64,000 bases of DNA from Octopus sinensis (GCF_006345805.1 NC_043002.1:10354001-10418000); one strand, 5' to 3'. Numbered from the stretch's first letter, positions 35,601-49,849 are shown. Numbers and translations: made by a program. Notes: generated from the sequence alone by a model not told the origin.

Positions 35601-36965
35601 TGAGACATTTAGGTGTGTCTATACAATAAAACCTCAACAAGGATTTCTCACATAGTAATCCCGCCTGTATTTTATATATACCAAGTTGATGTATCAACAA
35701 CGAGAACATTATATGAAAAAGGGTTAACGGCTAAGTGAGAAATGAAAATAGATCATTGATATAAACTAAAGCGTGACCCTAGAAAAACAAATGATAGTAT
35801 AGTATTAGTTATGAGCGTAGGTATTCATGAAAGTCACTAGGCAACTATTAGGGAAATTGAATATCAAGCATACCAAAATATTGGAATAATCGATCGGATA
35901 CATTCGAATATGCCTATGCATGTGTGTGTGTGTACGTATGCGTCAGTGTACATAGGTTGGTACAAATGTGTGAACACGAATATACGTAATTATGTGTGTG
36001 AGTGTATGCAAACAAGTATTGGTGTGTGTGTGTGATTATAGGATAAGTATCGCTAGAAAGAGGTGCATGTCTAAAAATGAATGCGTGTATAAACGAATGT
36101 AATTAATTGCTTTACTAGACGAATTGATCAATGTTGACGGGTCCAATATTAATGTGTAGCCTTTGATGCTCAGATATAAAATTTGACTATCAAGCAAGTG
36201 GCCATTTTTGCGACTGCCTTGGAATACAGGATTGTCTAAGTCTAATTACGGCGATCATTTATTGAAGGTGACTGAGTGGGATATTTTCTTGTAACAACAA
36301 AGAGAATTCTCGGGGTGAAACGCAGTCAATTATCTAATCAAATTCCTCTTACTGCCCCTCCACCTTATTTACCAAATTTCTTCCTGTATTTGTAGTGTAT
36401 TTATATGATTAGTCAGAACACCACGCCTAGGATTCGTATCGAGGAGCTTACTGGCAAAATCGCAATCCCAGTCAACATATTAGATTTTACGAAAAGCAAT
36501 TTGGTCAACTTTGCCATGTACTGTAAAGAAACTGTTGCACAGTGAATAGAAACATATTAATAGTGGACGACATGCTTACAACATACGGCAAGATTGGTTA
36601 AAATAGAAATACATGAAACTATTGTAAGCAAACAATATATTAAACTAATTTGCTTACTCCATTCTTACGTATTTTGCACAGAACCAAACACACACATACA
36701 TATACTTACATGCATACAGACAGATACACACACACATTAATGCGTGTATATTTGTGTGTGTGTGTACGTGCGCGTACGCTTGTATGTGTTTATGTGTGTG
36801 TATACACATTATCAATTTATAGTAATGGGAATATCGATGAGTGTAACACAATTTCAAAAAAAAAATACGAAAAGACTGATTGATTAAAAAGATGAAAGAA
36901 TTAGCGCTCATGCAATTTTCAAATGTTTGATTATTCAGTATATTTATATCGGATTAGAAACTTAC

Positions 36966-37038
36966 CTTTCTCCTCTTCCGGCTCGAGAGCAGTTACTGCT
37001 GTCAAGAACAACAGGTAAAATGGAAATAGCCGTGTCAT
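36966..37038 (-). CDS. Coding exon 1 (start codon, signal peptide) of secreted cysteine-rich repeat protein
   Basis: Acceptor CCATTTGTACTTTCAG 6 nt before the ATG at 37038. Encodes MTRLFPFYLLFLTAVTALEPEEEK (n-region R, hydrophobic core, AVTA cleavage-like site). Phase 1 donor G|GTAAGT. Confidence 0.8.
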
Positions 37039-37249
37039 ATTGATCTGAAAGTACAAATGGAATTGGAAGTGATCGAACTTAGTGGTTCATTTCTAATTCA
37101 GAGAAAAAAGGCAAGCAGCACAAATAAATAAACGTGTGTATATTTTGATCGTGCGCGTGTGTACAAAAGTGCATCTGCATATGTGTGTGTGTGTATATGT
37201 ACAAGTTTAATAACATACCCCAATTATATAAATACATATACGTATGTTG

Positions 37250-37593
37250 TGAGTTGTGACCCCCTTCGGTCATGACTGACCGTGGGTTTGCACCTAGAAA
37301 GTTACCCTCTAAGGCACAAGTCTGGGCAAGATTGTTTATGGAAGACCAGCAGTCGCCCATGCATACCGGCCTCCACTCTCCACGCCACCAGTGTTATCCA
37401 AGGGAAAGGCAAAGGGGCCGATACAGCTTGGCACCCGTGACGTCGCAACTCATTTCTACAGCTGAGTTAATTGGAGCAACGTGAAATAAAGTGCCTTGCT
37501 CAAGAACACAACACACAGCCCGGTCCGGGATTCGAGCTCACAACCTCACGATCGTAAGCTCGACGCTCTAACCACTGAGCCATGCGCCTTCAC
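37250..37593 (-). mobile_element. tRNA-derived SINE (family E)
   Basis: Minus-strand head GAAGGCGCATGGCTCAGTGGTTAGAGCGTCG...GAGCTCGAATCCC, then CTTGAGCAAGGCACTT. Confidence 0.8.
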
Positions 37594-37923
37594 TATGCGC
37601 CTTCACACGTATGTATATAAATGTTTTTTAACTTGTCTGTACGGTTCATGATTTGTATTGCCACATTTACTGTTATTTATTATTAATAGTAATATATATA
37701 TATATATATAACAATAATAAATCTCTGAACGAGATGTAAACAGTAACTGCACGACAACGTAAGGTATACTAGCCATCTCAATATGGCTAACCACTAAGGG
37801 TGGGTGTTACTGTAGCTTGTAGCCCCAGGAGATCATCGTCTCCAGCTGGCTTTAAGCACACTTTCTGTGCCTTTATGGTATTTGCAAAGGGAGGACATCC
37901 CTCTCTCGTCAACCTAAGTGATA

Positions 37924-37968
37924 CGCACGGACTGCAGTTTCTAGGTATTTGCCTGTCTTCAGCGTACG
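37924..37968 (-). ncRNA. Minimal type I hammerhead ribozyme
   Basis: Minus strand CGTACG-CTGAAGA-CAGG(caaata)CCTA-GAAAC-TGCA-GTC-CGTGCG. 6-bp stem I, palindromic stem III ACTGCAGT, one C.A mismatch at the base of stem II. Lies ~50 nt from a (TA)n tract. Confidence 0.7.
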
Positions 37969-38043
37969 GCAATCACCGGTTTTCGATGAAGGGAGTCCGT
38001 TTTCAAAACCTTATTTATATATATATGTATGAATGTATATATA

Positions 38044-39410
<1,367 letters not shown>

Positions 39411-39737
39411 CATACATACATAAATATATACATATAAACGTACATACATACATATATATATGTTTGTATTTGTGTGTGTGTATTTATATTCAAATAAAGG
39501 TTATAAACCTCATTAATGGATATTGAGATCCAATCAAATTGCTGCTTACTTTCCAATCCGTAGAAAGTTCAACTATAAGGAAACCATATATGCAGCTGTC
39601 AGAGATATGATATTTTATAATTAATAAATATTTTATTAATTACCTCTCCATTTTCTCTTCATTCTTTATGGATATATAAATCACGCACACACACATATAT
39701 ATATGTTTATATGTATATATATATGTATATATATATA

Positions 39738-39817
<80 letters not shown>

Positions 39818-39824
39818 ATATATA

Positions 39825-39862
<38 letters not shown>

Positions 39863-40256
39863 ACGCACACACACATATATAAACACATGTATATGTATGT
39901 TTTTCTATGTGTATACATGAGTGTATATGTGCATATGTGTGTGCGCGTGTGAGTGTGTGTGTGTGTGCGTGTTTATGTGTGTTGATGTGCATTTTGGTAA
40001 ACAGACAAATGTAAATAACTATATTTCGGTATATTTAGAAATAGTTTTGGCTCTTTGATATTACACTACCTCATTTTATTCATTGTGAGAATAATCGGTA
40101 ATGTAAAACTTAGAGTTGTGATTGAACAGAATTTAAGATTACTTGCAAACTCTCCATCAGGATTGAGCAAATTTTGACAATCTATAAAGGCTCTCAGGCA
40201 CACGATCACCTACACAAATAGATTCACAGACACAGACACACACACAGACACACACA

Positions 40257-40311
<55 letters not shown>

Positions 40312-40378
40312 TTATAATACGTACAGGCCTTCAAATATGCATGAAAGATTGCGTACATATGCATATATGTATTTGTGT

Positions 40379-40749
40379 GGAGGCGCAATGGCCCAGTGGT
40401 TAGGGCAGCGGACTCGCGGTCATAGGATCGCGGTTTCGATTCCCAGACCGGGCGTTGTGAGTGTTTATTGAGCGAAAACATCTAAAGCTCCACGAGGCTC
40501 CGGCAGGGGATGGTGGTGATCCCTGCTGTACTCTTTTGCCACAAATTCTCTCACTCTTACTTCCTGTTTCTGTTGTACCTGTATTTCAAGGGGCCGGCCT
40601 TGTCACTCTCTGTGTCACGCTGAATATCTCCGAGAACTACGTTAAGGGTACACGTGTCTGTGGAGTGCTCAGCCACTTACACGTTAATTTCACGAGCAGG
40701 CTGTTCCGTTGATTTGGATCAACGGGAAAACCTCGTCGGAGTGCTTCCA
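40379..40749 (+). mobile_element. SINE family C
   Basis: Complete head and body, with a small deletion near the 3' end. Confidence 0.9.
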
Positions 40750-41451
40750 TATGTATTTGTATTTATATAATATACTTTTTTTAACATCAAGTTTTAATAT
40801 ATATTTAAAGATATTGTGTTTCAGATCAAACTTTTGTTAACGAAGATTGCACAGTATATCCAGGCTTATTGTAGATTTTAAAAGAGAATTGCTTTGCTGA
40901 AAGTAAATTAATGTGTTACTCTATAACATGTATTGATTCCATTTTCTGGTTAATGTTCTTTCTTCGTAGTCTTTATCCATACATCTATGTTATTTGTATC
41001 TAGATATATAAACACACACATGTATAAACATTAAATTGTTATACTAGATAATAATAGAGTCAATGATATCTTCGCAAATTATTTTCCCGTGAATTATTTT
41101 TTTCTCGTGAATTATTTGCTCCGTAGTGAAATTATTTTCACACTGGTGGCTTCCATGATTCGGCGCAAAACGAATCAGTTGCAGCGTAGACTTCAGCATG
41201 AAGGGTTGGGGCTCTCTTCCATGGTAACGCCAACTGAGGAAGGTGATGCCCGTCTAGAAACCAGTCCATGTGAGTCCAAATACTTGAATGTATGCTGAGA
41301 GATTGCCTTAGCCCGTTTGCTTTTGGTCGGTTCATTTCTGTAGATATCAGTGTATTTTGGTGATTTAAATATGAGTTTTGACTGTTATTTCCAGTAGGTA
41401 GACACATTTAGTATGTCCTTTGATTAATTTGAAATTTGAAAGATTATATAT

Positions 41452-41515
<64 letters not shown>

Positions 41516-42371
41516 CACATACACGAGCATATACTTATGTCTAATCTCCATTTATTTTACATGTTTCAGATCATTGGTCACGCCGGAATATCGCCTAGAA
41601 TGGTTTTAATCAAACAAATCGTCAACAGTAATTAATGTGTTAAAGTGTGGTACTTATATCTTTCTTGTTTATCGAACTGCCAATGTTACGAAAGCAAAAG
41701 ATATATCCGAAACCGATGGCAAGCAGTAGGGCAACGAGCCCAGTCACCAAGACACAAACACTCACACACACATAATGTACTGGAGAACGGTAACGCAAGC
41801 GTAGTATTGATATTTACGTAATAGCGCTCACTTATATGACAACTTGAAGTCTAACGCATTTCCAGATAAACAAGTAAGCTTAATTTGTGTTACTCGTTCG
41901 CGCGAAACAGCTGTAAAGAGAAAACTATTACGTAACTCCTTTTCTGTATTTTGTACTTTTTCTCTTATTTCCTACTCTGTGTATTGTATTTCTTTTAAGT
42001 ACAGTCATTGATCATGCCTGGATTTATCTTTCTTTCTATCCCAATATTTTATATTTCATATATGACCGGCCTCCATACAGTTTCTCTCTATTACATTCTC
42101 CCACAGGGGACTGATCGTCCTGTAGCTGGAGTAGAAGACAGTTGCCCAAGTTACTACTGAGTTCCAACCTCGTGGTTGAATATCCTATTTATTAACTAAA
42201 TAGCGAAGTGTTACGGTGTATGTATGTGAGGGTGAAAGGGGGAGGGGAAAGATGGTAGGAAGTGAGGGGGTGGAGAACAATATTTGTGAATATATTACAT
42301 AATACATATATATTTCTATGATCAAAATACCAGGAAAATTCATTTTTCAATGGTTATAGAATAAATATTAA

Positions 42372-42411
<40 letters not shown>

Positions 42412-42731
42412 GTAAAATATGAAAAGTCAACGAAAATGCACATTGCAAATAAAAAAAGGCTTTTTATGACAGGTAACGACAGATATATAGATTTGGATGG
42501 ACTGAGGTAGTAATAAGAGTCATAAAAGTCATCATTATGAGATGATTATAAGATGATAATAAAGTAAGAACTCTCTTACTTTATTATCATCTTATAATCA
42601 TCTCATAATAATGACTTTTATGACTCTTATTACTACCTCAGTCCATCCAAATCTATATATCTGTCGTTACCTCTCATAAAAAGCCTTTTTTTATTTGCAA
42701 TGTGCATTTTCGTTGACTTTTCATATTTTAC
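42412..42731. repeat. Near-perfect palindrome, 158-bp arms, 4-nt loop
   Basis: Arms 42412-42569 and 42574-42731. I found only two mismatches. Begins beside a (TA)n tract. Confidence 0.95.
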
Positions 42732-43439
42732 ACTTACATTTCCACGTGTATGTTATATTTTCTTTTTGTAACATATTTCTACTATATATATATATATATA
42801 TATATATTAATATATTAATATATATATTAAATATATATATTAAACGGTGGCGGTGCATCAGCATGGCCGCAGCTCTGAGCTGAAACTAGAGAAAAAAATA
42901 TATATAAACGTGCACAACAGACGTTTTATCTTTATTTTGATTTTCATAGTCTTCCTCTTGAAAATTCATTAGAATGAACTCGATGGTACAATGGACAACC
43001 TTCAACTTTCTCGGTTAGATTTTAACAAACGGTTCACTGCAGTGTTAAACTCGTGCTTATCCTGCGTCGATCGTCCCACTTTTACAGGTATCGTCACATA
43101 CACATACACACGCGCACGCAAAATAAGAGACACACACACATACACAAGGGTAACCATATGTGTACGCGTGTATTGTTGAATGAACAAATGAATGAATATT
43201 CCCATTTGCATCACAGAATCACAGAAGATCGCAGCTTGAGAGAAAACCAGATCTATTATCCATTCCCTGTTTCTTTATACTCTGCACTACGTAGAGTATC
43301 AATAGATCTCAAATTCCCTTCTCATTTGACTTATTGTTGAATTTCGCTCTCTTCACATTCGGTTCAAATGCAGTAAGGTTTTTTGCTCAGAGTTGTTCTT
43401 TTTCTAGCTTGATTAACTTTCAAATCCTTAGCCTGTGCA

Positions 43440-43745
43440 TTTACATGCGTGTACATACCGCTGCTCTCTTTATAGATGCAATTTAATGAAAATAGAACTG
43501 ATTCCATGCCAGCGGTCTTCCAGCGCGCTGCACATTAATATGCAATTTCTGAGTCGCCGCGTTACTATTGCATAGCCATAAACGAACGAACGTTGTGTTA
43601 GGGCATGATTTGTCGACTACTACTTTTTAGATTTGTACTAGGAATCCTTCACATCAGTAAGGTGGGGGAGCCAGTTTAGTCTTGGAAGATAGGATCATGA
43701 AACAGCTTCTAGCGTACATGTCACCAGTAACTCTCCGAGGAGTCT

Positions 43746-43750
<5 letters not shown>
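43440..43750. repeat. Old local duplication, partner at 45130-45440
   Basis: Shared blocks AAAATAGAACTGATTCC, TTGCATAGCCATAAA, CTACTACTTTTTAGAT, GGGGGAGCCAGTTTAGTC and GGAGTCTATTATAATA. Similarity continues at 44510-44560 vs 45488-45540. Confidence 0.85.
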
Positions 43751-43812
<62 letters not shown>

Positions 43813-43813
<1 letters not shown>

Positions 43814-44061
43814 CTGGAGGAGCGTGGCTTAGTGGTTAGGGTGTCAGCACCTTGATCCTAAGATTGTGTTTTCGATTCCTGGACCGGGCGACGCGTTGTG
43901 TTCTTGAGCAAAATACTTCATTTCACGTTGCTCCAGTCCACTCAGCTGGCAAAAATGAGTAACGCTGCGACGGACTGGCGTCCCGTCCAGCTGGGGAGCA
44001 CATACATCATAGAAACCGGGAAACCTGGCCGACGAGCCTGGCTAGGCTTTAAAAGGGCGCA

Positions 44062-44082
<21 letters not shown>
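43813..44082 (+). mobile_element. tRNA-derived SINE (family D)
   Basis: GGAGCGTGGCTTAGTGGTTAGGGTG...TTCGATTCC head, central GACGGACTGGCGTCCCGTCCAG. Partner at 56278-56528. Confidence 0.8.
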
Positions 44083-44099
<17 letters not shown>

Positions 44100-44101
<2 letters not shown>

Positions 44102-44320
44102 CGTCGCGCGTCGTCGGTTACGAAAGAGAGGGATCAAGTTGATCCGGTCAACGGAACAACCTGCTCGTGAAATTAATGTACAAGTGGCTGAGTACTCCAC
44201 AGACATGTGTACCCTTAACGTTGTTCTCGTAGATATTCAGCGTGACACAGAGTGTGACATGTCTGGCCCTTTGAAATACAGGTACAACAGAAACAGGAAG
44301 AAAGAGTGAGAGAGGTGGTG
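44100..44320 (-). mobile_element. SINE family C, 3' fragment, diverged
   Basis: Matches the GGAACAACCTGCTCGTGAAATTAA...ACAGAAACAGGAAG block. Confidence 0.75.
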
Positions 44321-44703
44321 GTGGCAGGGTCCGCCAGGTGGTGGTGGCGGAAAAACAGAAAAGGCGAAAACAGGTGGTATAGACAACAAACAGATGTATT
44401 CGTTTAACGCTCGGGAAATGAAAAAGCTTTTAATATTTCGAGCCTACGCTCTTCCCCAGAAAGAAAATACAGAATGTGTAGTGGCTAACTATCCATGATG
44501 GGGAATGCCATAGATGAGATCCAGAGACTCTCAGTTTGTGCTCTGTGTAAGTTCGATCTATTAATGTAAATATCTATATATTTATTCTTAAATATTCATA
44601 GTCCGAAAGCCTTCACTATTTGCTTTCTCTCATTTTTCATGTATACATTTAACATATTCAATTTGCTCATCCACATAGTTGTCCCTCTCTGTCTACATAT
44701 GCA

Positions 44704-44747
<44 letters not shown>

Positions 44748-45751
44748 CACACACACACATATATTATATATATATATATATATATGTATGTATGCCCATA
44801 TATATATAAATATATATATACTATATAAATATATATCTATATACATACATAATATATGTATATATTCTTTTATTCTTTATATACAACACACACACGCCCA
44901 CACACATACACACACACACGCACACACACACACGCACACACACATATATATATAGGCACGCTAGTGTTTCGATTATATATATATATATATATATATGTAC
45001 ACACACATATATATCTATATATATATATATATATTTATGTATGTATGTATGTATGTATGTATGTATGTATGTATGTATGTATGTATGTATGTATGTATAT
45101 ACATATACATGCAAATGCTTTCAAGTCCTCTGCCTCTCCTGCACATATTGCTGCTCTCTCTTAGAGATGCACTTTAATAAAAATAGAACTGATTCCTTGC
45201 CAGCGGTCGTACGGCGTACTGCAAATTAACATGCAATTTCTGAATGCGTCACGCTACTGTTGCATAGCCATAAAACGAACGTTGTTTTAGGGCATCATTT
45301 CTCAACTACTACTTTTTAGATGTGTGCTAGGAATCCTTCATACCAGTAATACCTAGTGGGGGAGCCAGTTTAGTCGTAGAAAATAGAACTTTGAAACAAT
45401 TTCTAGCGGCCAAAATCTCACCGTGGAGTCTATTATAATATTTATGCATGTATCTATCTATCTATTTATCTACCAGTGTACCTATATATATATATACACT
45501 GTCAACAGATGAGATCCAGAGGTTTTCAGTTTGTGATGTGTGTGAGTTCGATCTATATATATAGATATCTACATATTTATTCTTCGCAACTTGCTTTATC
45601 TCGTTTTGCATGTATAATTTTAACATATCCAATTTTCTTATACGCATTATTACCACTCTCCCTCACTCTATACACACACAGATACATACATACATACATA
45701 CATACATACATACATACTACATACATACATACATACATACACACACACAAC

Positions 45752-45782
<31 letters not shown>

Positions 45783-45885
45783 TGTCTATATATACGTTTA
45801 AATATTTGCTAAACTGGCAATATGACCATTCCGAAATATAACAATGTCTATATATATAAATATATATACTATATGTCTATATATA

Positions 45886-46253
45886 TACTCTTTTACTCTT
45901 TTACTTGTTTCAGTCATTTGACTGCGGCCATGCTGGAGCACCACCTTTTAGTACTTATTCTATCGGTCTCTTTTTGCCGAACCGCTAAGTGACGGGGACC
46001 TAAACACACCAGCATCGGTTGTCAAGCAATGCTAGGGGGACAAACACAGACACACAAACACACGCATACATATATATATACATATATACGACAGGCTTCT
46101 TTCAGTTTCCGTCTACCAAATCCACTCACAAGGCATTGGTCAGCCCGGGGCTATAGCAGAAGACACTTTCCCAAGATGCCACGCAGTGGGACTGAACCCG
46201 CAACCGTGTGGTTGGTTAGCAAGCTACTTACCACACAGCCACTCCTGCGCCTA
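45886..46253 (-). mobile_element. SINE family A with internal deletion
   Basis: Colinear with 1775-2210 but missing ~45 nt after GCACC(A/G)CCTTT. Confidence 0.9.
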
Positions 46254-46270
46254 TATATAAAGATATATAC

Positions 46271-46312
<42 letters not shown>

Positions 46313-46339
46313 ATATATATATATATATACATAATATAT

Positions 46340-47740
46340 ATTCTAGTTGCCATGTCACCCGAAGACACTTTTTATCGGGAGAATTAGTACTCCTTTTTTC
46401 TTTTGACTTGCGCGAGAGAGTTTGAATTACTTTGTGTGTATTTGATTTCTTTTTGTTGCTTTTGTGTCGGGTGGGAATGATTAGGCTTGGGGGAGGGTGG
46501 GTCTGAGAGGGTGTGGGTGGGGTTGGGGTGGGTCGGGCTTTATAGTTGGAATCCCTTGCCTTCTTCGTCTGTTTTACAGTGACCTTTTCCCACTTATCCT
46601 CCGTTGCTGCTACTTCCTCCTCCTTTCTGGAACTCTTCGACCTCTTTTCTTTTTCCTCCTCCATATCTTTTATTCTCTTCTCGTCTGCATTTTTGGTTTC
46701 TGAAAGACTGTCCGCTCTAATGTGGCCCTTCTGGCCACATTTAAAGCAGCGTGGGACTCTGCCCTTCATCCTGACCGTCGTTATAACTTCACTCATGATT
46801 ATTGGCTCTGTGATATTTTCCAGAGTCTCGGCTGATCCTTGAACAATCATGTTTAGTGTTAGTCCCTTCCATATCATGTTTTCCCTTTTTGTGGCCTGGA
46901 GCACCATTATACTGTCCTCGTTACCAAAGAGAACAGCGTCTGTTACCCAGGCCACATTGATTTCCGGCGGTATTCCTTCTTCACTTATTCTTGTTGCTCG
47001 TAGTCCTCGGTAAGTGGGTAAGAAGCACCATATCCTCACTTCTGATAGATGTCGCCGCTTGACTGAACAGGTCAGCAGGCAAGAAAAGAAAAAGATCGGC
47101 GACAGGAAAGTATGTTGTGACCAAAGGGAGAGAGAAGAGAGAGAAAACGAGTAGCGAGGGGCAGAGAGTGGGGAAGAGGAAAGGGTCGTCCAAAAAGAAG
47201 CACCACTCCCTCACATCTGATAGACGTCGCCGTTTGTTTCCTTGCTGATACCGCGTCCTTGAACCTCACCTCCACTATTCCAAACATCGAACCTTTTACC
47301 AGGTACACGATATCTCTCCAGATCGGACTCAGCGCCTTTTCCTCCTGTTCCGTAGTTACAATGTCAATTTTATCTTTACTTATCGAAAAGGTTCGGTACA
47401 TTATTGTTCCTTTCCTTGTTTCTTGCGGGGTGGGCACAGCTTTACCCCAAAACCATCCCGGCTCATTAAAGCTTTATGCCTTCCGAATTCTTCGTTATTT
47501 ATTTCCTTCTCCTGGCATTTTGCCACGTTGGCAAAATTCCTCTTTTCCATTTTTCGTTTATTGTCCATCTTCCAGATAGCCTCCAGTAATTCTTCTTCCG
47601 CCGACGATATGTCTGAGAAGATTTAGTCTTCTACAGACATGCTTTTACCAAGCTATCTCTCCTCTGCGAGAAGAGAAAGCAGAAACAAACAAACCGTAAA
47701 CACAAAAACCGTTAAAATCAGCACGAAGCAATCCTCCCAA
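46340..47740 (-). mobile_element. ORF1 (gag-like) region of a Tx1/L1-group LINE, disrupted
   Basis: ...VRMKGRVPRCFKCGQKGHIRADS (CX2CX4HX4C knuckle with the last C lost), followed by a K/E-rich region. Upstream KGTIMYRTF...FGIVEVRF. Start ATG near 47640, with an early stop. Confidence 0.7.
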
Positions 47741-47843
47741 AACAGTAGCACACACACACACACAAAAAAAAAAAACGGTGTAAGCACCTTGAAAATATGC
47801 CTGCAGAAAATTAAATTAGTTAGAGTTTTGCCTTTTATAGTTG

Positions 47844-47896
<53 letters not shown>

Positions 47897-47897
<1 letters not shown>

Positions 47898-48057
47898 ATA
47901 TAATATTATTAGAGACAAAACCACTATTTTGCAAATCAAACAAGGAAAGACTTAAGTGGCGATTTATTTACTTTATATTAAAATTTTTTATGTATTGATT
48001 AAGTCTTTCCTTGTTTGATTTGCAAAATAGTGGTTTTGTCTCTAATAATATTATATA
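47897..48057. repeat. Hairpin, 59-bp perfect arms, 43-nt spacer, next to (TA)n
   Basis: TATATAATATTATTAGAGACAAAACC...GGAAAGACTTAA vs TTAAGTCTTTCC...CTCTAATAATATTATATA. Confidence 0.92.
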
Positions 48058-48137
48058 ATATTTTACTATAAAATTGGATTCAATCCTAAATCTGATTTTT
48101 CCCTGTAAATTTGGATTTATTCCCTAATATTTATTAT

Positions 48138-48169
<32 letters not shown>

Positions 48170-48172
<3 letters not shown>

Positions 48173-48920
48173 TGGAAGATGGAAGATTTATGTGTATAAG
48201 GTGTAGCCGAGTCAATGATTGACCAGGGTATTTTATTGTTAACGTTTTTTGCTTGAGTTTATGTACATATGAAGCCATTGAAGTAGTGTTACTCGTTATA
48301 TTCGGTTTAAGTGAATGTATATGTGCTAAAAGTTCAGAAAGCTCCCTATATTGCGTGAGTTAGCAGTTTTTGTAACAGTGCACTTATATATAACGGTGGA
48401 CCTTCTACATTTGCCTACGAAAGGACATGATTTTTTTTTTGCATGTGCAATATTTAGTTCTATATTTTTGTTCTGTGGTACAATCTTTAATACTGTTATA
48501 ATTATTTGTTGTGCTGCCTGGCGTTATATTTGAGTTTGTTGTGGAATCATTTATAATAGAATTAGGTAGATTTACTGTTTGTATGTTATTATTAGAATTT
48601 TGCTGAGATTTTGTTACTGTTATAGTATTGCGATGTATTCCCGTAATGTTATCTATTGAACAAGTATTCATGTTGAGTATTATTTGGTGTTCTAGGACTC
48701 TTGTCTATTTCATTACTACTATTATTGTTGTTGCTGTTATCTATTAAACTATTTTTTATATTTATTAAGTATTCGTCTATTAGAGATGGCAATAACTAAT
48801 CCTATGTTCGGCAATGTAGAAAAAGATATTTTAATTGATGATCTATTAAATATATGGTGACACTTTTGATTATTACGAAAGCTATTTTTGGCTATGTTTA
48901 GAAATGTTTTTGCTAATCCT
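48170..48920 (-). mobile_element. Penelope-like element, linker and GIY-YIG relic
   Basis: KTFLNIAKNSFRNNQKCHHIFNRSSIKISFSTLPNI, an N/T-rich spacer, CTCKKK..GKCRRSTVIYKCTV, and WSIIDSATPY. Confidence 0.75.
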
Positions 48921-48946
48921 TTAGCAATCGAACAAGTGCAGTATAT

Positions 48947-49045
<99 letters not shown>

Positions 49046-49373
49046 GAGAGACAGAGAGAGAGGGACAGAGCTGCTGATTTAATATCATTTCATGCAGTTC
49101 TGAAGTAAAAATAGCGGGTCTGTGTGGTAAGCATGGATCTTTCATATAGGGCCCTAGATAATATCCACAAAATCTCTATCTTCCCGCAAGAGGATACACT
49201 CACTTGCCAAAATAGCAACAGGGTTTTCAAATCTGAGCGTGCATGTCTGAGATTTACTCACTTGCACCTGCAACCGTATACATTCATTCTCATACACACA
49301 TACACACATGCATATATAATTGTGGGAGTGCGTGTATATGTATATGTGTACACATAATTAAGTATGCGTGTGC

Positions 49374-49423
<50 letters not shown>

Positions 49424-49849
49424 CTCGTTAATCAAATGAATTCAATGGCAATGCAATCTACTGAATTTCTAATAAGAGAGACAGAGAAAGAGAGAGGCAA
49501 ATTGCACGGAGGACGGCAAATGAGCAATCGAAAAATCATACACGGGACATGTTCATACTCATCCCTCATCAGTTATCCGTCAAAAGTCATCACAATTTCA
49601 AGCCATTATCGGTAGAATTATTCGTTTTGGTGGCTTCAACAGCAAAATGCTGCTGAGAAAATTGAGCGGACCGTAAAGAATAGAGGAACAAGTGATAAAC
49701 GACGGAATAATAAGAATAAGACCTAATGGTAAATGACACAAGTAGAAGTTATAAATATATACGCATAAAGGTCTTTCGGCTATAAGACATCGTAAGACAA
49801 GACATGCAGAAGTGACGCTAATTGAAAAATGTCCCATAGGACTTCAAAT

